From Octopus bimaculoides (taxonomy: Eukaryota), in NCBI RefSeq assembly GCF_001194135.2, contig NC_068994.1, positions 30,325,022-30,372,180 of the forward strand: a stretch of 47,159 nt of DNA. Direction: 5' to 3'. The number at the start of each line of letters is the position of its first letter. Within the stretch, counting starts at the first letter, position 1. A program made the position numbers and the translations under genes. Below are positions 46,964-47,159 of the stretch, in pieces. The notes below the pieces were generated by a model. The model did not search any database. It was not told where the DNA came from and saw only the letters and a list, made by a program, of their open reading frames with translations.

Positions 46964-47159
46964 ATCTGGGTTTTTTCCGTCGTTATTTTTAGTATTATAT
47001 ATTTATACATACAGAAATATAGACACCAGATGTTTACACGCATACACACACGCACATACATACATACATACATACATACATACATACACAACTTATGTGT
47101 ACTTATATATATGCATGGGTCTTTATGAGCACATACATCCACATATGGATATATATATA

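Overview
AT-rich, repeat-dense eukaryotic DNA from a gapped draft assembly (nine N-runs). The tRNA/CORE-type SINE families, RTE LINE remnants and microsatellite load suggest an octopus genome; this is inferred from repeat recognition, not from a search. The only well-supported protein-coding gene is a plus-strand C2H2 zinc-finger gene (ATG about 26260; 16 fingers, 14 of them in tandem; probable spliced terminal exon at 28480-28584). Everything else I can support is transposon-derived: Tc1 and mariner remnants, a complete but pseudogenised Buster-type hAT with an exact 8-bp TSD, hAT MITEs, RTE LINE fragments, many SINEs, Helitron-like pieces and a Penelope-like LTR. The most notable observations are: (1) a strikingly uniform D-x-x-H-x-x-R recognition helix across otherwise diverged fingers, predicting binding to (GGC/GGT)n repeats; (2) a young non-autonomous DNA transposon with perfect 37-bp TIRs and an 8-bp TSD that carries back-to-back telomeric repeats (CCCTAA)n-(TTAGGG)n; (3) a decayed hammerhead-ribozyme motif in the Penelope-like LTR; (4) a SINE trimer inside one TSD pair within a Helitron-like unit. 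Boundaries of old repeats are approximate and no homology searches were run.
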